Below, piece by piece: positions 59,727-64,000 of a stretch of 64,000 nt of DNA. The stretch covers positions 1,000 through 64,999 of the forward strand of contig JBAZRG010000003.1 in NCBI GenBank assembly GCA_041663145.1, given 5' to 3'. Numbering within the stretch: the stretch's first letter is position 1; every line of letters starts with the position of its first letter. This DNA is from Minisyncoccota bacterium (GTDB taxonomy: Bacteria; Patescibacteriota; Minisyncoccia; Phycocordibacterales; PALSA-1337). The notes beneath the pieces are model-generated. The model was not told the DNA's origin, did not search any database, and was given only the letters and a program-made list of their open reading frames with translations. A program made the position numbers and the translations under genes.

Positions 59727-62700
59727 ATGGATCAAAGTTCAAAATCAGAAAAATCAACGCACGCTCTACGTGAGGAAAAGATCCTTGCTTATTGGAAGGA
59801 TAAAAATATATTCGAAAAGACCATGACTCTGCCTGCATCCGGCGGAAAGTCCAAGGGAGAGTTCATATTTTACGAAGGACCACCGACTGCCAATGGTCAT
59901 CCGGGCATACATCATCTGGTCGCCAGAGCTTTTAAGGATGCTGTTCCACGTTTCAAAACCATGCGTGGATATCACGTTCGTCGCAAGAGCGGTTGGGACA
60001 CTCATGGTCTGCCTGTTGAATTGCAAGTCGAAAAGGAGTTGGGACTTAAATCAAAAAAAGAGATAGAAAAATACGGTATCGCTGCTTTTAATGAAAAATG
60101 CAAAGAAAGCGTCTGGACATACGTTCATGAATGGGAACAATTTACCGATAGGATAGGGTATTGGGTCGATCTCAAGGATCCTTATATAACCTACAAGAGC
60201 AATTATATAGAATCTCTATGGAGTATTGTGGAAACTGTCGAAGAGAAAGGTTTACTTTATAAAGATTATAAAGTCGTTCCATGGTGTCCGCGTTGCGGAA
60301 CCGGACTTTCTTCGCATGAGTTGGCACAAGGATACGCCGATGTTAAAGATTTATCAGTCACTGTAAAATTCAAGATCGAAAAATCTGATAAGTTTGATTC
60401 TGACAAAGATACCTTTATTTTGGCTTGGACGACCACGCCGTGGACATTGCCGGGAAATGTCGCTTTGGCAGTCAATGAAAAGATTGAATATATAAGAGTT
60501 CGTACCGAGGATTGCGATCTTATTTTGGCTAAGGAAAGAATTGTGGTACTAAAAGATATTAAGTATGAAATCATCGACACCGTGAAGGGCACTGATTTGA
60601 TCGGACTAAAATACGAGCATCTCTATTCTTTCATCAAAGATAATATCGATGGTACGGAAAAAGGTAAACTGGATAATGCCTACAAAGTCTATTCTGCCGA
60701 TTTTGTAAATACTTCAGATGGTACGGGTATAGTTCATACAGCTGTCATGTATGGTCAAGACGATTTTGAATTGGGAAGCAAGATTGGTTTACCAAAATAT
60801 CATCTTGTAAATGAAGATGGAACTTTCAAGACTCAAGCTGGATTTTTGTCAGGTAAGTTTGTGAAAGATGAAGCGACCGATGTTGAAATCATAAAAGATC
60901 TAGCTAAGCGCGGTCTTCTGTTTGCCAAAGAAAAATATCAACATAGTTATCCATTTTGCTGGAGATGTCATACACCTCTCATATATTTCGCGCGCGATTC
61001 ATGGTACATAAAGATGTCAGATTTGCGAAAGAAACTCGTCAAAGAAAATGAGGACATAAACTGGGAACCAAAACACATCAGAGACGGTCGTTTCGGTGAG
61101 TGGCTTCGAGAAGTCAAAGATTGGGCGATTTCTAGAGAAAGATATTGGGGTACACCACTTCCGATCTGGGTTTGTGATGTATGTAAAGAAAGGAAAGTGG
61201 CAGGTTCCGTCGAAGATATTGCCAAGAAATCCAAAAACTCGTATTTCGTCATGAGACACGGTGAGGCGGAGAATAACGCGGCTCATTTGTTGGATTCGGA
61301 ATCTAATTCTACGAGCCATCTCACGACTAAAGGTCAGGATGATGTCAAAAATGCCGCAAATAGCTTGAAGAAATCCAAGATTGATATCATCTACTATTCA
61401 CCTCTGGCTCGGACAAAGGAGACTGCCACTATTGTTAAAGAAACATTGGGATTGGCCGATGATAAGTTTATTGCAGATGAGAGACTGAGAGAAATGGATC
61501 AGGGGCAGTGGTCAGGCAGATCGGCTGTCGAATTTGATGAGAAGTTTCCTTTGCACGAGCGTTTCGATGAATTGCCAGACGGAGTCGAGGATTACACGCA
61601 AATACGTCGGCGTGTAGGTGATCTCTTGTACGAGATAGAAAATAAACACAAGAATCAAAATATTTTATTTGTTACACATGGATCGCCAGCCATGATGCTC
61701 ATGTCAGTAGGGCAAGGGTATTCAAAAGAGCAGACGATTCGAAATGAAATCGAAAATTATATCAGCAAATCTGAGAGTCGAATCCTTGATGTAAAAATAT
61801 TGCCTCATAATCAGGATTATGAGCTCGATCTGCATCGCCCGTATATAGATGAAGTCAAACTGAATTGTAAATGCGGTGCTTCCATGACTAGAGTAAAGGA
61901 GGTGATGGATGTTTGGTTCGATTCTGGAGCGATGCCTTTTGCTCAGGACCATTATCCATTTGAGAATAAAAAATATGTAGATAAGATCGGATATCCGGCT
62001 GATTTTATCTCTGAAGCTATCGATCAAACTCGTGGCTGGTTTTATACTTTGCATGCGATAGGCGCGCTTCTCGGCAAAGGTAAAGCTTATAAAAACGTCA
62101 TTTGTTTGGGACATATATTGGATGCGGAAGGAAAGAAGATGTCGAAGTCTATAGGCAATGTCGTCAATCCTTGGGAAATGATAGACAAGTTTGGCGCTGA
62201 TGCGCTCCGGATGTGGATGTATTCGGTCAATCAGCCGGGTGATTCGAAAAACTTTGATCCCAAGACTGTTGATGAAATCAATAAGAAAGTTTTCAATCTC
62301 GCTTTGAATGTTCTCGCATTTTACGAACTTTATGCCGGAGGAGCGGATAGTGAAGACGGGGTCGCGCGTATTCCAAATTCTCAAAATGTCTTGGATCGAT
62401 GGATTGTGGCACGTCTGGCGCAACTTTTGGAAATTGTCACAAATAAACTGGAGAACTACGAGTTTTTCGAGCCAACCAGAGCTATCCGAGATTTCATCGG
62501 AGATTTGTCACAGTGGTATATCCGCCGTTCTCGCGACAGATTCAAATCCGACAATGAAAATGATAAGCGATCCGCTTTAGAGACTACAAGGTTTATTCTT
62601 ATCACTCTAGCAAAGATCATGGCCCCATTTACTCCGTTCTTCGCCGAGCATATATACCAAGGATTGAAAGGTGAAAAAGAGAGTGTTCATCTCGAATCGT

Positions 62701-63182
62701 GGCCGGATTCAAAAGATTTCAAGACCAAATCAGATCATGATCTGATAAACAATATGGACACAATCAGGAGCCTTTCGTCAAAAGGTTTGGAAGCCAGGAT
62801 GATGGCTAAGATAAATGTCCGCCAGCCACTTGCTTCTCTTAAGATACGCGAGATCGAAGCTGTGCCCGATGAATTGGCTGTACTTATAAAAGATGAGGTC
62901 AATGTCAAAAATATCGTTTGGAATGCCAAAACAGAAAAAGACGTGGAATTGGATATTATTCTCACTCCAGAATTGAAAGAAGAAGGAGAAGTGCGAGAAT
63001 TGTTGCGTCGCATTCAGGATCTCCGTAAGGAGAAAGGATTTAAGGTAAATGATATAGCTATTTTAGTGGCGACGGCGGATCTGCGTGATCTGATCAGTAA
63101 AGACGAGAATACAATCAAAATACAGACGAAACTCTCCAAGATCGAATACGGTCAAGAGTTCGGGTTAAAAGAGGGCAATTGA
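59727..63182 (+). CDS. ileS: isoleucine--tRNA ligase with ~170-190 aa insertion containing a histidine-phosphatase (PGAM-like) domain
   Basis: HIGH PPTANGHPGIHH; WCPRCGT and CWRCHTP zinc/editing motifs; DWAISRERYWG; KMSKS. Insertion at about codons 495-690 (nt 61200-61790) carries RHGEAENN...SPLARTKE...REMDQGQW...THGS. Confidence 0.85.
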   Translation: MDQSSKSEKSTHALREEKILAYWKDKNIFEKTMTLPASGGKSKGEFIFYEGPPTANGHPGIHHLVARAFKDAVPRFKTMRGYHVRRKSGWDTHGLPVELQVEKELGLKSKKEIEKYGIAAFNEKCKESVWTYVHEWEQFTDRIGYWVDLKDPYITYKSNYIESLWSIVETVEEKGLLYKDYKVVPWCPRCGTGLSSHELAQGYADVKDLSVTVKFKIEKSDKFDSDKDTFILAWTTTPWTLPGNVALAVNEKIEYIRVRTEDCDLILAKERIVVLKDIKYEIIDTVKGTDLIGLKYEHLYSFIKDNIDGTEKGKLDNAYKVYSADFVNTSDGTGIVHTAVMYGQDDFELGSKIGLPKYHLVNEDGTFKTQAGFLSGKFVKDEATDVEIIKDLAKRGLLFAKEKYQHSYPFCWRCHTPLIYFARDSWYIKMSDLRKKLVKENEDINWEPKHIRDGRFGEWLREVKDWAISRERYWGTPLPIWVCDVCKERKVAGSVEDIAKKSKNSYFVMRHGEAENNAAHLLDSESNSTSHLTTKGQDDVKNAANSLKKSKIDIIYYSPLARTKETATIVKETLGLADDKFIADERLREMDQGQWSGRSAVEFDEKFPLHERFDELPDGVEDYTQIRRRVGDLLYEIENKHKNQNILFVTHGSPAMMLMSVGQGYSKEQTIRNEIENYISKSESRILDVKILPHNQDYELDLHRPYIDEVKLNCKCGASMTRVKEVMDVWFDSGAMPFAQDHYPFENKKYVDKIGYPADFISEAIDQTRGWFYTLHAIGALLGKGKAYKNVICLGHILDAEGKKMSKSIGNVVNPWEMIDKFGADALRMWMYSVNQPGDSKNFDPKTVDEINKKVFNLALNVLAFYELYAGGADSEDGVARIPNSQNVLDRWIVARLAQLLEIVTNKLENYEFFEPTRAIRDFIGDLSQWYIRRSRDRFKSDNENDKRSALETTRFILITLAKIMAPFTPFFAEHIYQGLKGEKESVHLESWPDSKDFKTKSDHDLINNMDTIRSLSSKGLEARMMAKINVRQPLASLKIREIEAVPDELAVLIKDEVNVKNIVWNAKTEKDVELDIILTPELKEEGEVRELLRRIQDLRKEKGFKVNDIAILVATADLRDLISKDENTIKIQTKLSKIEYGQEFGLKEGN

Positions 63183-63194
63183 CGTTAAGGTGAT

Positions 63195-63776
63195 ATGTAT
63201 CATATTAGAACAACCCCGGGCTTTATAATCGGTTCCAGGCCATTTGGAGAGGCCGGGAAGGCTATGTCGATTTTTACTCGAGAATTCGGTCTCCTAAATG
63301 TGAGAGCCTTGGGAATCCGTCTGGAAAAATCCAAATTGAGATATCATGCAAGAGAATATACATTTGGTCATTTTTCTCTAGTTAAAGGCAAAGAATATTG
63401 GCGACTTACTGGAGCGATTTCGGATTCTACTCCACTTGATAGTAAGATTGGAAACGGTTTGCTCGGTAAGATCGCTTTTATTCTAGATCGCTTACTCCAT
63501 GGAGAAGATCCGAATCCAGAACTTTTTGACGGGGTTAAAGCCTGTGAATCTTTTCTGAGAGACAATGCGAGTCTTTCAAGAGAGCGAGCATGTACACTCG
63601 AATCTCTAGTTATGATTCGGATTATGCGTGAGCTCGGATATGTCGGAGGAAAGATGGAAGATTTGCGGTATGTCGATTCGATAGTTCTTACAATTGAAAT
63701 CTTGGATGAAATCGCTCCAAAGAGGCAGATGATGAATAAACATATAAATAAGGCTTTGCGTGAATCACATCTTTAA
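63195..63776 (+). CDS. recO: DNA repair protein RecO
   Basis: N-terminal OB-fold pattern TPGFIIGSRPFGEAGKAMSIFTREFGLLNVRALG; length and fold consistent with RecO. Confidence 0.65.
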   Translation: MYHIRTTPGFIIGSRPFGEAGKAMSIFTREFGLLNVRALGIRLEKSKLRYHAREYTFGHFSLVKGKEYWRLTGAISDSTPLDSKIGNGLLGKIAFILDRLLHGEDPNPELFDGVKACESFLRDNASLSRERACTLESLVMIRIMRELGYVGGKMEDLRYVDSIVLTIEILDEIAPKRQMMNKHINKALRESHL

Positions 63777-63795
63777 TAGTAGAATATACAACGTG

Positions 63796-64000
63796 CCTCC
63801 TTCTTCGGACAAAAGTTATATTGATGAATTGAAAAAGTCGTTGTATGATCGCACGACTCCGGATATCCGTACAAAACGCAAATTACGATTTGATGAGACA
63901 CCGAGTCAGGTAAAGTCTGATTGGGAACATCCAGTCACTCCGTCTCCAACTCCAGTAGAATCAGATAATAAAAAATCATCACATATGTCTTTTTTTACAA
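63796..64000 (+). CDS. 5'-uncertain, 3'-truncated ORF at window edge (possible GTG start)
   Basis: Open frame ...DKSYIDELKKSLYDRTTPDIRTKRKLRFDETPSQ... running off the window; no ATG. Confidence 0.2.

Overview
Low-GC (about 38-40%) bacterial chromosomal window, densely packed with mostly housekeeping genes. The small genes, type IV pilus pilM/N/O-like genes, tRNAs without an encoded CCA tail, DsbA-VKOR pair and many secreted cell-wall hydrolases point to a small-genome Patescibacteria/CPR-like organism. That assignment is inference from gene content, not a database hit. Recognisable genes: mutM, murE, ruvA, rpsT, ruvX, rplS, rnr, folD, secE-nusG-rplK, thyA, dut, glyA, argS, ileS and recO, plus eight tRNAs (Lys, Arg-GCG, Ser, Arg-TCT, Val, Leu, His). 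The standout feature is a complete diversity-generating retroelement (DGR) at about 46.9-49.8 kb, inserted between a SIMPL-domain gene and secE-nusG-rplK. It has a GC-rich target gene whose 3' variable repeat differs from a downstream template repeat mainly (18 of 19) at template adenines, a 4-helix-bundle Avd-like gene on the opposite strand, a (CT)14 microsatellite, and a reverse transcriptase carrying the DGR-type SQ motif. Other accessory content: a tRNA-His-adjacent islet (27.0-30.3 kb) with three near-consensus sigma70 promoters, an HTH+Panacea(DUF4065)-type antitoxin paired with a RelE/ParE-like toxin candidate, and a class II Fic protein. A zeta-toxin-like kinase gene is interrupted by an in-frame TAA. 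A family of long perfect inverted-repeat (MITE-like) elements occurs at three intergenic sites, two sharing a 25-nt core. Protein O-mannosylation-like (GT39+GT2/GtrA) and thiol-redox (DUF5320-DUF134-Trx-DsbD-ArsR-Grx) clusters are present. ileS carries a histidine-phosphatase (PGAM-like) domain inserted in its catalytic core. Structured leaders precede glyA and argS. No CRISPR array or rRNA was seen.
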